Counted from the first letter of the stretch, positions 7,067 through 15,679 are shown. The stretch: DNA of 56,915 bases from Acutalibacteraceae bacterium (GCA_045587085.1 JAZNBP010000120.1:1-56915), one strand, 5' to 3'. A program made the numbers and translations. Notes: generated from the letters alone by a model not told the origin.

Positions 7067-8239
7067 ATGTTAGAAGAGAAGATTTCTAAAAGACTTAAAG
7101 TACCTTACGTTGAGATTGTACGTGAAGGGAAAACTTACTACCTGTGTAACAACGGTGTCATTTTTGCTGACAGTGAATATATGGATTTCGCTGACTTAAA
7201 TGCTGAGTACGAACGAAGGGAAAAGGAGGATAAGCTTTATGATTATGCTTATGCAAAGAGTACGGGATTACTTAGAAAGAAGAGAACTCAAAAGGTTTCG
7301 CAGGAAGAGGTACAGGGGATACAAAAAGAGGTGGAGAAATCTGAAGAAGCCCGATATAATAATGAAGGTAGAGACTCCGAACGGAACGAAAACAACGATA
7401 TACAAAGGTGTGTCTCTGAACCTGAACTTCCCCGAATTGCAGAAAGAGGACGGAAAGATTCACTTAGCGGACGGGTCAACAGTGGAGTTAACGAACCTGA
7501 GGAAGCAAAAGGGAAATCTCGAAGTTCATTTCTGATTATTCTGATTCTCGCTTTCGCTTCTGTATGCTCAATGTATGAATCCACCTTGCACACCGCAACC
7601 TATTTGTATGATTACGTTGACTTAGTTTCAGCGTGGCTTTTGAGTACTGCGGTAACTGCTTACAACAGCTCAGCCTTTGAAGTATCCGTGATGTTCCATA
7701 CAATGAAGCGTAACTTTATGGCTTTCATCTTTATGCTTCTGTGGGCTATGGTAACTATATTCTCAATGGCTACGACAGTCTCTGTTTTTTATGACAGATT
7801 TAACTTCAATGAAGCTCAGATAGCTCAGGAGAATAAAACTGTAGATTCAAATAAGCTTGGGCTTGAATTGCTTCGTACTAAAGAAAAGGACTTGCGTGAA
7901 GCCATTGAGTTCAAGAAGAAGGATATTGAATACAGACAGGAGCGTGAGTACGCAACAACAGCTGTCCGACTTGAACTTGAAAACTTACAGAAGGAGCTTC
8001 AGGAAAATCTTACAGAACAGCAGAAGCTTTTAGCTGATACACCTGAAGTTATGGAAGAGAAGTTACAGAGAAAGGAAAGTCTCTTTGCTTTCCTTGGTCG
8101 TATGATTGGACTTGAAGGAGGTATACTTGAGTTTATTATGTCAACTCTGTCAGCTATCTTCATCAATCTTATAAGTCCAATGTCTTTGTCTGCTGTAATT
8201 GAATTGAATAGGAAGAGGGATAAGAACTTGACAAAGTAA
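7067..8239 (+). CDS. Membrane protein with charged linker, about four TM segments and C-terminal coiled coil
   Basis: GAGGAA SD; SFLIILILAFASVC.., VSAWLLSTAVTAY.., FMAFIFMLLWAMVTIFSMATTV, then LELENLQKELQENLTEQQKLL. Confidence 0.55.
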   Translation: MLEEKISKRLKVPYVEIVREGKTYYLCNNGVIFADSEYMDFADLNAEYERREKEDKLYDYAYAKSTGLLRKKRTQKVSQEEVQGIQKEVEKSEEARYNNEGRDSERNENNDIQRCVSEPELPRIAERGRKDSLSGRVNSGVNEPEEAKGKSRSSFLIILILAFASVCSMYESTLHTATYLYDYVDLVSAWLLSTAVTAYNSSAFEVSVMFHTMKRNFMAFIFMLLWAMVTIFSMATTVSVFYDRFNFNEAQIAQENKTVDSNKLGLELLRTKEKDLREAIEFKKKDIEYRQEREYATTAVRLELENLQKELQENLTEQQKLLADTPEVMEEKLQRKESLFAFLGRMIGLEGGILEFIMSTLSAIFINLISPMSLSAVIELNRKRDKNLTK

Positions 8240-8256
8240 ACTAGGTATAGTATATT
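8228..8256 (+). promoter_or_regulatory. Sigma70-type promoter (class I family)
   Basis: TTGACA 8228-8233, 17-nt spacer aagtaaactaggtatag, TATATT 8251-8256. Confidence 0.55.
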
Positions 8257-8274
8257 ATAACAAAGGAGTAAATT

Positions 8275-8574
8275 ATGAGAACCATTGCAAATACTGAAAA
8301 GGTTACCTTAAGGGTAACTAATAATGAGCTGATTGAGGGTAAGTGGCTCAACTATGAGCTTCTTTCGAGAAAGCTCGGAGAACAGGAAAAGGAACGGGGA
8401 ATGGGATATAAGAGCTTACGAAACAAGCTTTATAATTCGATTAATTGTAATAAGTACAATATGCAGACTGTTGCAGGCTTACAGTGCATTAATGTAGATG
8501 AACCTATGCAGGACTCTGCTACAGGAGCTAAAGTAAGAGCTTCTTTGGAACTTGAGTTCAAGAGGGTAAAATAA
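8275..8574 (+). CDS. Hypothetical protein
   Basis: AAGGAG 8 nt upstream of ATG 8275. Confidence 0.55.
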   Translation: MRTIANTEKVTLRVTNNELIEGKWLNYELLSRKLGEQEKERGMGYKSLRNKLYNSINCNKYNMQTVAGLQCINVDEPMQDSATGAKVRASLELEFKRVK

Positions 8575-8870
8575 TGAAGAAAGCTATATATAGATTATCT
8601 CAGGGTGTATTTTACACAGCTTTGATGTTTTGGGTAATTATTTTGAGTTACTGTATTGGTTTGTTAGCAGGTGGTTGTATCCTTTCTTTAATGCTCTCCT
8701 GCTATAGCGTATTCGAGCCACTACCTAGTCTTATAACAGAAAAGATGTGGCTCGTATATCTTGTATCAGGAGTGCCTGTTGGTTTGTGTGCTCTTGTTTA
8801 TATCATACGAAACATTATAATGTCTCGTCATCTAAAGAAGCACAATAAGCAGGACAATGGAAATCACTAG
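8574..8870 (+). CDS. Membrane protein (multiple hydrophobic segments)
   Basis: Start overlaps the upstream stop (TAATG); FYTALMFWVIILSYCIGLLAGGCILSLMLSCY, LVYLVSGVPVGLCALVYII. Confidence 0.55.
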   Translation: MKKAIYRLSQGVFYTALMFWVIILSYCIGLLAGGCILSLMLSCYSVFEPLPSLITEKMWLVYLVSGVPVGLCALVYIIRNIIMSRHLKKHNKQDNGNH

Positions 8871-9209
8871 AGTTGAAGCAGAAGCACTGAAAGCAAATAC
8901 CTTTGCTTCAGTGCTTTTCTTTTTCTCCTCTTTCAATTGCGTTTCGTAAGATTTCTTCTGCTCTTCGTAAGTGCTCTTCACATTGCTCAGCTGTGTTTCG
9001 GCTGTCTCTAATTGTGTCTCTGCTGTTGTCAATTGCTCCTTGAGCGTCTGCAATTCCTTCTTGGATTCTTGTATCTCGCTCATCATTTCCTGAGCTTCCT
9101 TGTCCGTCAGAGTCACGTCTGCGTAGGAATACGAGGAAGAATGTGCAAGCAATGATAGTAAGAACAGCCCCAATAACAGCGAAAATCTTTTTGATTTTAC
9201 TCCACACAT
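8832..9209 (-). CDS. Lysis-cassette ORF A: signal-peptide-like N-terminus, coiled coil, hydrophobic C-terminus (uncertain, competes with ORF B)
   Basis: AAGGAGGG 4 nt before ATG 9209; TAETQLETAETQL coiled coil. Its 3' end runs through the terminator hairpin and overlaps 8574..8870 by 39 nt. Confidence 0.4.
   Translation of the reverse strand: MCGVKSKRFSLLLGLFLLSLLAHSSSYSYADVTLTDKEAQEMMSEIQESKKELQTLKEQLTTAETQLETAETQLSNVKSTYEEQKKSYETQLKEEKKKSTEAKVFAFSASASTLVISIVLLIVLL
8882..8925 (+). terminator. Strong rho-independent terminator at the convergence point of the two transcription blocks
   Basis: AAGCACTGAAAGCAAA (8882-8897) pairs TTTGCTTCAGTGCTT (8902-8916), one bulged A, loop tacc, then TTTTCTTTTTC. 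Confidence 0.75.
8908..9207 (-). CDS. Lysis-cassette ORF B (alternative frame, GTG start): N-terminal TM then charged helical domain, i-spanin/holin-like topology
   Basis: GTG 9207 lies 6 nt after the same AAGGAGGG; IFAVIGAVLTIIACTFFLVFLRRRD; ends inside the terminator, leaving a normal intergenic gap. Confidence 0.35.
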   Translation of the reverse strand: MWSKIKKIFAVIGAVLTIIACTFFLVFLRRRDSDGQGSSGNDERDTRIQEGIADAQGAIDNSRDTIRDSRNTAEQCEEHLRRAEEILRNAIERGEKEKH

Positions 9210-9409
9210 TATCCCTCCTTAGAAAACTTTCCTGTAGCAATTAAGCCTGAGCCGAAGGCAATAACCCACTGAAAATCAGACTTCTCCATAAAGAAACCTA
9301 CTAAACCTGCCAAGATGATACCAAAGCCTAAGACTTTAGTAATATCACAATCCCATTCTCTGTCCGAGAACAGGGAGGTGAACCAATTCTTTTTCTTCTC
9401 TTCTGCCAT
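9209..9409 (-). CDS. Holin-like small membrane protein (two TM segments)
   Basis: GGAGG SD; VLGFGIILAGLVGFF and WVIAFGSGLIATG; sits within the cluster containing the putative endolysin. Confidence 0.45.
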   Translation of the reverse strand: MAEEKKKNWFTSLFSDREWDCDITKVLGFGIILAGLVGFFMEKSDFQWVIAFGSGLIATGKFSKEG

Positions 9410-9413
9410 TTCT

Positions 9414-9806
9414 TTATCCTCCTATCTTAGATTTTATAATGAATATAAAGAAGCTCGGAACGAGAGCGAGGAGCATACCTCCTAAGCCCACCAAAATGAA
9501 AGCTATAACGCTTCGATACTTCTTAGCGTCTGACTTATCCTTTGCTGTTCTCAGAGCTTCTGTATATGTAGTGAGAAGCTTTATCTGAGCGTCCTGTTGT
9601 TTCAGCTTTTCTTCAAAAGCTTCCTTCGTTGTTTTTATTTTTTCTTCAAAGTCTTTACGTACATCGTCAATCTTAGCAAGCAGATTCTCTTTTTCATTTT
9701 TATATGAGTCCTTGAAGTTCTGCATATCAGTCTTAATAGCTGATACGTCAGAACTTATTTTCAAGAGGAGCTCGACTGTATTAACATCCTTACTTTCTCC
9801 GCCCAT
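9414..9806 (-). CDS. Coiled-coil protein with C-terminal TM anchor (lysis accessory candidate)
   Basis: K/E-rich heptads then SVIAFILVGLGGMLLALVPSFFIFII. Confidence 0.45.
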   Translation of the reverse strand: MGGESKDVNTVELLLKISSDVSAIKTDMQNFKDSYKNEKENLLAKIDDVRKDFEEKIKTTKEAFEEKLKQQDAQIKLLTTYTEALRTAKDKSDAKKYRSVIAFILVGLGGMLLALVPSFFIFIIKSKIGG

Positions 9807-9808
9807 TT

Positions 9809-10486
9809 TTATACCTCAGTAAATACAGCTGTATAGACAGCAGATGTTTCACCTTCAGCAAGAGGTGTAGCCTGTGCTGAAAGAATAGCATTTGTTCCAA
9901 CTGTTTCACCGTTGCGTTTCCAATGGTCGAATGTCCAACCGTCTTTTTCAACAGCAATAATTCCAACATTACCGTTTGCAGGACTTACACCTGAAGGAGG
10001 GAATACTGTTACTCCTGCACTTGTAGCTTCAGCAGGACTTACTTCAGCTGACCAATTTACAGGAGCGAGCTCGAAAGTTGCTTTGAATACAGCTGACGCT
10101 TCTCCGTGAAGGTCAGGGAAGATACAAACAAACTCAGCGTCTTCTGAAATAATGACATTGTTGAGCTTCCAATTCTTAAATACATAATTACGAGTAGGAA
10201 CAGCTTTGAAAGCTACCTTGTCTCCTACGTGTACTGTTCCTGAAACAGGAGTTGCAATTGAACCGCCTGCTCCTTCACTGACTACAGCTGTGAAAGGAAC
10301 TTCAGCAGGTATATCAGCTACGAGTGTTCGGATTCCTTCTTCCTCCATATAAGTCTGAAGGACAGGAGAGTGCTCTTCAGAAATAGTCATATTCTTAAGA
10401 GCTTCGATTAATGACTCAGCATTGATTGTTTCAGCTTCGCCATTCTTGTGTGTAATCCTATACTGATTGTAAGATTTAGTTTGCAT
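9809..10486 (-). CDS. Protein with two Listeria/Bacteroides-type repeat domains (GY.F.GW-like)
   Basis: RNYVFKNWKLNN and DGWTFDHWKRNGETVG motifs, each ending in A(V)(F/Y)(K/T)A.F strands. Confidence 0.4.
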   Translation of the reverse strand: MQTKSYNQYRITHKNGEAETINAESLIEALKNMTISEEHSPVLQTYMEEEGIRTLVADIPAEVPFTAVVSEGAGGSIATPVSGTVHVGDKVAFKAVPTRNYVFKNWKLNNVIISEDAEFVCIFPDLHGEASAVFKATFELAPVNWSAEVSPAEATSAGVTVFPPSGVSPANGNVGIIAVEKDGWTFDHWKRNGETVGTNAILSAQATPLAEGETSAVYTAVFTEV

Positions 10487-10940
10487 AATACCACCTCATA
10501 GTATCTAATTTTCCGTTTTTCACGGTATTTGATGTTCCAAAGGAATCAAATGTTACTTTCTTGGATTTGTTTAGTACGACAAAATGACTGCCCTTCCATA
10601 CATACTTTCCGAAAACAATAGCTACTTTTGAAGGGATTTTCTCATCTGCCGAGTGGTGCTTTCCGTCATAACGTACATCGAGAGCAAAGAACTCATTAGC
10701 AAGAGCTGTGTGGTTAAGCACCTCAGATTCACCGTCATCATCACAATCTCCGTCGTGATTTAAGTCTCCTGAGATATATCCTTTTTTAACAGCTTCTTTC
10801 CATATCTTGTTCAAAGCTGTTCGTCCGTTACTGCCGTTAAATATAAGGGGAGACGCTTCTGCAAAGCAGAGAAATAAACATCCCCATTCCTGAATCTCAG
10901 GCAGTAACTGTCTGTCTGACTGTTTGATACCTACGAGCAT
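10476..10940 (-). CDS. Putative endolysin, papain-like cysteine peptidase fold with inserted dockerin/EF-hand-like Ca loop
   Basis: Q..EWGCLF (Gln/Cys) and GSHFVVLN (His/Asn) in catalytic-triad order; DLNHDGDCDDDGE fits D.N.DG..D; position between fibre and holin-like genes. Confidence 0.4.
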   Translation of the reverse strand: MLVGIKQSDRQLLPEIQEWGCLFLCFAEASPLIFNGSNGRTALNKIWKEAVKKGYISGDLNHDGDCDDDGESEVLNHTALANEFFALDVRYDGKHHSADEKIPSKVAIVFGKYVWKGSHFVVLNKSKKVTFDSFGTSNTVKNGKLDTMRWYYAN

Positions 10941-10945
10941 AAAAT

Positions 10946-10989
10946 AGCCCTCCTAGTCTTATTATAGAGCTAAGAGGGCTTCTTTGCAA
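10946..10989 (-). promoter_or_regulatory. Hairpin sequestering the endolysin SD, with a promoter -10 in its loop
   Basis: Minus strand AGCCCTCTTAG..(13 nt)..CTAGGAGGGCT, 11 bp with one G-U; the 3' arm contains the AGGAGGG SD. TTGCAA (10984-10989) N17 TATAAT (10961-10966) on minus. Confidence 0.55.
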
Positions 10990-10998
10990 GAAGTTTAT

Positions 10999-13656
10999 TT
11001 ATTGCCAAGCTATATTAGAGTAGTCTGACCACCAAAGACCTTGAAGTGTAGCAGACATAACCCAAATATTATTTGCATAAATAGCGTGACCAAATGTTAT
11101 ACTCTGCGTATAGACACCACTACCTTTAGTTTGCACCCAACTTATTCCGTCAGCAGACCTCCAACTTCCGTGTGTACTACTACAAGCAACAAATACACCA
11201 TTAGCATAAGCAACAGAGTTAAATGAGAAAGTAAGACAATCACCAATCGCTTGTGTCCAAGCTTTTCCGTCAGTAGAGTACCAAATTCCGTGAGAACTAG
11301 AACAAGCTACGAACATACTTTCCGCTATAATGACGCAACCAAATGAGTAAGCTGAGTTGTTACCTGTTCCTTGTGTCCAAGCTTTTCCGTTAGTAGAGTA
11401 CCACATACCTTGTGAATTAGACGACGCTACGTAGATTCCTTTCGCATATGTAACATAGCGGAAGCTATAATTTGTATTGCTTCCTGTTCCTTGTGTCCAA
11501 GTGTTTCCGTCATCATCTGACCACCAAAGCCCGTGTTCTCTACTACAAGCTATATAGAAGAAACCGTTGACGTAAACATAATCAAAGGTATATGAGTTTG
11601 TAGTTGATGATAATTGATACCACTGTTTACCGTTAGCAGAATAATAAAGTCCACTGCTATACGTACCAAGCACCCAATTTCCTGAAGCTCTAGTACAAAT
11701 AGAAAGCACTGATGTGGTATTACTACCGCTTCCTGCCATAAATTGCCCTCTAGACCAAGCTTTCCCGTCAGTAGAATACCAAACACCTTGACTGTTTGTG
11801 CCTGCAACCCACAAACCGTCCTTGTATACTACTGTGCTAAAACTTATATTAGCTATACTAGTTTCAGAAGGTACTAAATTAGTTCCTTTTGTCCAAGCTT
11901 TCCCGTCAACTGACCACCAAATACCTACATTGCTACTACAAGCTACAAATAAACCTTCATCATAAGCAATTTCATTAAATGTTGAATTACTACCAAAGCC
12001 TGTTCCTTTTGTCCAAGTTTTACCTAAAGCCCAACTGAATACCTTGCTGAGCCAACCTTTTGCATTTGTGTCGCCACCAAAGAAATTATAAGCTCCTCCT
12101 GTTGTAAACTTAGTTGTACCACCGCTCACAGGAGTAGCCGAATCTCCTGTGTTAGCTACTGAACCTAATCCGATATCAGCTTTAGTTATGTTAACGTCTC
12201 CTGTTCTATAAGAAGTTTCGGAATTTCCTTTAACGCCTGTTACTCCTATGCGTGAAGCTACTGTCATTTTTCCATTTGCGTCAGTTACAACCATACGGTT
12301 TGCTGTAAGGTTTGAAGTTACAACCGAACTTATAGCTCCTGTTATTTTGCTCTTAATGTAGTTCCACAAAGCACTAACAGAACGTCTAATATATGTATTA
12401 TTAGTTGTTCCTCCACCTGCATACTGAGCTACGTAGTAATCAGCGTCTTGTGGCGAAGTCTCACTTGTGGGTAAAGAGTTAATGAAGTTGTTAATTGCGT
12501 CAGTTGCTGTAGTCTTCCCTGTACCTCCGTGAGCAATAGGAAGTGTTCCTGTAATGCTTCCTGCACTTACAACATCATTAAGTGTAGCAAGAGAGAAGTG
12601 GCTTGTGTTCCAAGCTCCTGCTGAGTGAGCTATGATACAACGATACAACTTATTTTGATACATAACAAAGTTACCAACTGCATAAGCTGTGGATGTAGAG
12701 AACGCAGGTGCAAGAGAAGGGAAAATATATGTGTTTATGATATATTCTACACTCCTTGCTGTAAAGTGACTTACATTCCAAGCTCCTGCTGAGTGTGCTG
12801 TTGTACATTCATAAAGAGTGTTCTGATATGTAACGAAACTTCCTACAGTATAAGCTATTGAAGAAGAGAAGATTGGAGCTAAAGATGTAAGAAGATTATA
12901 AGCACCTCCTGTAGTAAACTTAGTTGTTCCTCCTGAGCTTACGTTAGCTGAGTCTCCTGTATTGGCTACTGAACCAAGACCAAGGTCACCTTTAGTAAGT
13001 TGTACGTTTCCTGTAGATGAATCAGGAGAGACACCATTTACTGTACGCACATCACCTGCTGAGAGTTTAGACCAAACTGCACCGTCGTAAATTACTCGGT
13101 CATTCTCAAGGAAAGCTATTTCTCCTGCACCAAAATCACAAGTTCCTGCAACATTACAAATGTAGAAATCTCCTTTAGTTCCTGTACCATTAACAAGATG
13201 AGGAGTATTTGTGTTTGCGTTCCAATTTCCTTCATACTCAATTGCACTTTCAGGAAGCTGAGCAAAAGGGATTCTTCCATTTGCGTCAAGGGTAGCTATA
13301 CCGTTTGCTGTACCCAAGTGACTTATGAAAGTAGCAAGCATAGATGATACATTGTCATTAACCTTATTAAGGTTGTATGAGATTCTTCCAAGGAAGTGAT
13401 TCATAAGCATACGTGTAATTGAGGACGCTTGACTTCTCCAACCTTTAGAAAGAATAGTCTCATTAACATTTAATATCGTAGCGTCAGCTACAGGAATATT
13501 CTGTTCATTGTTTACATTATAAACAGTAACACCGTCAGCTTCAGTAAGAGGATTGTTGTAGGCGTGGTCTGTATAAGCAAACTTAGCTACCTTGTTTGAA
13601 GTAAGTTTGTCTTCAACTGCCTTTATTCCTGTTAAGTCTTCATTAAGTGTTCCCAT
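10999..13656 (-). CDS. Tail fibre / receptor-binding protein with duplicated modules and C-terminal BNR-like beta-propeller
   Basis: Two SVANTGDSA..SGGTTKFTTGGAYN segments, two Y.VG.FV.YQN.LY.C..AHSAGAWN.SHF segments, and about 8 repeats of G.W(W/Y)S.DGK.WT.G. Confidence 0.7.
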   Translation of the reverse strand: MGTLNEDLTGIKAVEDKLTSNKVAKFAYTDHAYNNPLTEADGVTVYNVNNEQNIPVADATILNVNETILSKGWRSQASSITRMLMNHFLGRISYNLNKVNDNVSSMLATFISHLGTANGIATLDANGRIPFAQLPESAIEYEGNWNANTNTPHLVNGTGTKGDFYICNVAGTCDFGAGEIAFLENDRVIYDGAVWSKLSAGDVRTVNGVSPDSSTGNVQLTKGDLGLGSVANTGDSANVSSGGTTKFTTGGAYNLLTSLAPIFSSSIAYTVGSFVTYQNTLYECTTAHSAGAWNVSHFTARSVEYIINTYIFPSLAPAFSTSTAYAVGNFVMYQNKLYRCIIAHSAGAWNTSHFSLATLNDVVSAGSITGTLPIAHGGTGKTTATDAINNFINSLPTSETSPQDADYYVAQYAGGGTTNNTYIRRSVSALWNYIKSKITGAISSVVTSNLTANRMVVTDANGKMTVASRIGVTGVKGNSETSYRTGDVNITKADIGLGSVANTGDSATPVSGGTTKFTTGGAYNFFGGDTNAKGWLSKVFSWALGKTWTKGTGFGSNSTFNEIAYDEGLFVACSSNVGIWWSVDGKAWTKGTNLVPSETSIANISFSTVVYKDGLWVAGTNSQGVWYSTDGKAWSRGQFMAGSGSNTTSVLSICTRASGNWVLGTYSSGLYYSANGKQWYQLSSTTNSYTFDYVYVNGFFYIACSREHGLWWSDDDGNTWTQGTGSNTNYSFRYVTYAKGIYVASSNSQGMWYSTNGKAWTQGTGNNSAYSFGCVIIAESMFVACSSSHGIWYSTDGKAWTQAIGDCLTFSFNSVAYANGVFVACSSTHGSWRSADGISWVQTKGSGVYTQSITFGHAIYANNIWVMSATLQGLWWSDYSNIAWQ

Positions 13657-13667
13657 AAGTTTCTCCT

Positions 13668-14507
13668 TTATACTTCTACAAGTCTAACTTGCTTAAACTT
13701 TAATGCAACTATGTACTGAAGTAGAGTAAGTCTCTGCTCTTTATTAGGCACAGTTATTGTGCTATTGTATATATAGCTCACATTTATTACTTTATTATTT
13801 ACTGCAACCTGTACGTCTAATATTTTAACAAGTCCTTCAGGGCATAAGATTTCTATTATTCGTATTAACGAAGTAATTGATTCTCCATTGTATCTAATCC
13901 ATTGTAACGCCTTAAACAGCTCTATGTAAAGAGAAAAAGATATAGATTCATAAGTAGTTCCGCCTTCAGCTAAGAAGAGAAAATCATTGCCGTAAAAATC
14001 AGAGTAAGCTTTATCAGCAGGAGGGGTAGATAATACCGTCTCAGGTCTAACTCTTCCTTCATCATCAATAACATCTACTGCGTCTTCAGGAATGTAACCT
14101 ACTACAGCTTCATCCCCTACAAGAGAACTTCTTTCTTCTTCAGAAGCAAGTGTGTTTATGTCAGGACTAGTAATAGTTTCATCTGTATGCACAAAGTAGA
14201 ACTCTTCTACTGAAGTTTTGAACAAACCTCGCTCACTAAACTCTATATCATCAACTTTATAAGATTCCGTCATATATAAAGATGTCTTAACTTCATTTGT
14301 AGGTCTACGAGGAAGCTTAACACAGGCGAATCTGCCAAGATTATACAAAGTAGCTGAATCCATTTTATCTGATTCTAACTGCTGATTATGAAAATCAATT
14401 AACATTTTCTTGTTAGGCTCTGTGAGTGAGTTAAGTGTGTTGTTCAAGTTAGTTATATAGTAACCATTGAGTTCACCCCTAAGAAATCTAAAAAACGCTT
14501 TTGGCAT
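13668..14507 (-). CDS. Baseplate wedge / tail-fibre-adaptor protein (P2 gpI / Mu gp48 position)
   Basis: Synteny only: between the J-like baseplate gene and the fibre. Confidence 0.35.
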   Translation of the reverse strand: MPKAFFRFLRGELNGYYITNLNNTLNSLTEPNKKMLIDFHNQQLESDKMDSATLYNLGRFACVKLPRRPTNEVKTSLYMTESYKVDDIEFSERGLFKTSVEEFYFVHTDETITSPDINTLASEEERSSLVGDEAVVGYIPEDAVDVIDDEGRVRPETVLSTPPADKAYSDFYGNDFLFLAEGGTTYESISFSLYIELFKALQWIRYNGESITSLIRIIEILCPEGLVKILDVQVAVNNKVINVSYIYNSTITVPNKEQRLTLLQYIVALKFKQVRLVEV

Positions 14508-14509
14508 AG

Positions 14510-15679
14510 CTAGTCTCCCTGCTTAGAGAAGGTAACTGAATCTAATCTAGCAATTCTTGATTTTGGTACAGTTACATAATCTACTGTGTTTCCGTTCTGC
14601 TTAAGATTTACAGCTAGAACATCTACTCCCTGCAAGTTAAGATTTTTGAGAACAGAATAAGCTTCGTCTTCTTTAGCGTAGTCTTTATGTACTTCAGGAA
14701 TGAAGTGCTGTAGCAGAGCAATTCGCATAGCTTTTTCAGCGTCATAAGCTGAAGTGTAAAGCTCATCTACTGTGTAGAAAACCTCAATTGAGAAATGAGT
14801 TTCCCTGAAAGGTATCAAGTAGTATGAGTAGTTTCCGTTCACAAATACTTCATTTTCATATGTTACTGTTACAGCGTCGTTCGTATATACAGACGGATAG
14901 ATTACCTTATCAGCAATGACTTTTGCTATATCATTTCTCGGAGAACCTGAGAAGAAAATAGCTAAGTAATATGGAGGTATGGTTATCCCGTCATACACCA
15001 CATCGCTGTCTGTAGAATTGAACTTGACACGACAATCAAACAAATAAGGAAGGTTACGTAATCTGTTTTCAAGCTCCACAAGCGAGTCCTGCTCATTGTA
15101 TCCTGCAAGAATTCTTTCACGAAACTCAAGAGGTGTTTCTTCCTCTGTTCCAAGCAAAGCTTCATTATTTGTGCAAGAGAATACAAGCTCTGAATTAATA
15201 CTTCTGTCCGATGTTACTGTAATACCTGTTTGCTCTGTTACAGGGTAGCTTCCTCGTGTGGTAGACATAGCAATGAAAGAAACGTATAAGCCTGCTTCGA
15301 TTACAGTATCAGAGAGAACTTCAAACTCAAACACAACATCATCCTGAAACTTATAGGTATACATTCCTGCAAGCAGTGTAATGTTCTGTTCTGTCGGATT
15401 TGTAATGACAATGTTAAGCCCTGTAGCCGAAGCTAGGTGTCTTTCTGTTCCTACAAGAGAAGCTACAGAGAGAAGGTCTTCTTCTGAGCAACTTGCAGGG
15501 TCAAACTTATTGCTTAGTACTACACATACATTATTGATGATTTCAAAACCTTTTGAGATAGCCTTGAATATTAAGTACACAACATTTGTGTTAGTACGAG
15601 ACATTTTCTTTGGTGTGATGAGTTCATCGAAGTCATCACACATTTTTGTAAGTATTTCATCAAACGTTAATATCTGCAT
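14510..15679 (-). CDS. Baseplate J-like protein (P2 gpJ / Mu gp47 position)
   Basis: Size 389 aa and synteny after the gp25/W-like gene; GGAGG SD. Confidence 0.45.
   Translation of the reverse strand: MQILTFDEILTKMCDDFDELITPKKMSRTNTNVVYLIFKAISKGFEIINNVCVVLSNKFDPASCSEEDLLSVASLVGTERHLASATGLNIVITNPTEQNITLLAGMYTYKFQDDVVFEFEVLSDTVIEAGLYVSFIAMSTTRGSYPVTEQTGITVTSDRSINSELVFSCTNNEALLGTEEETPLEFRERILAGYNEQDSLVELENRLRNLPYLFDCRVKFNSTDSDVVYDGITIPPYYLAIFFSGSPRNDIAKVIADKVIYPSVYTNDAVTVTYENEVFVNGNYSYYLIPFRETHFSIEVFYTVDELYTSAYDAEKAMRIALLQHFIPEVHKDYAKEDEAYSVLKNLNLQGVDVLAVNLKQNGNTVDYVTVPKSRIARLDSVTFSKQGD

Noticed and set aside
7200-7593. Alternative-frame ORFs inside 7067..8239 (7200..7535 plus; 7272..7463 and 7288..7593 minus)
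   Set aside because: They fall in the purine-rich, charged linker of the 390-aa gene, where off-frames stay open by composition. They have no SD.
10999-13656. Diversity-generating retroelement (template/variable repeat) in the tail fibre
   Set aside because: The internal duplicates are only about 80 percent similar and differ at all base types. No reverse transcriptase gene exists anywhere in the genome.
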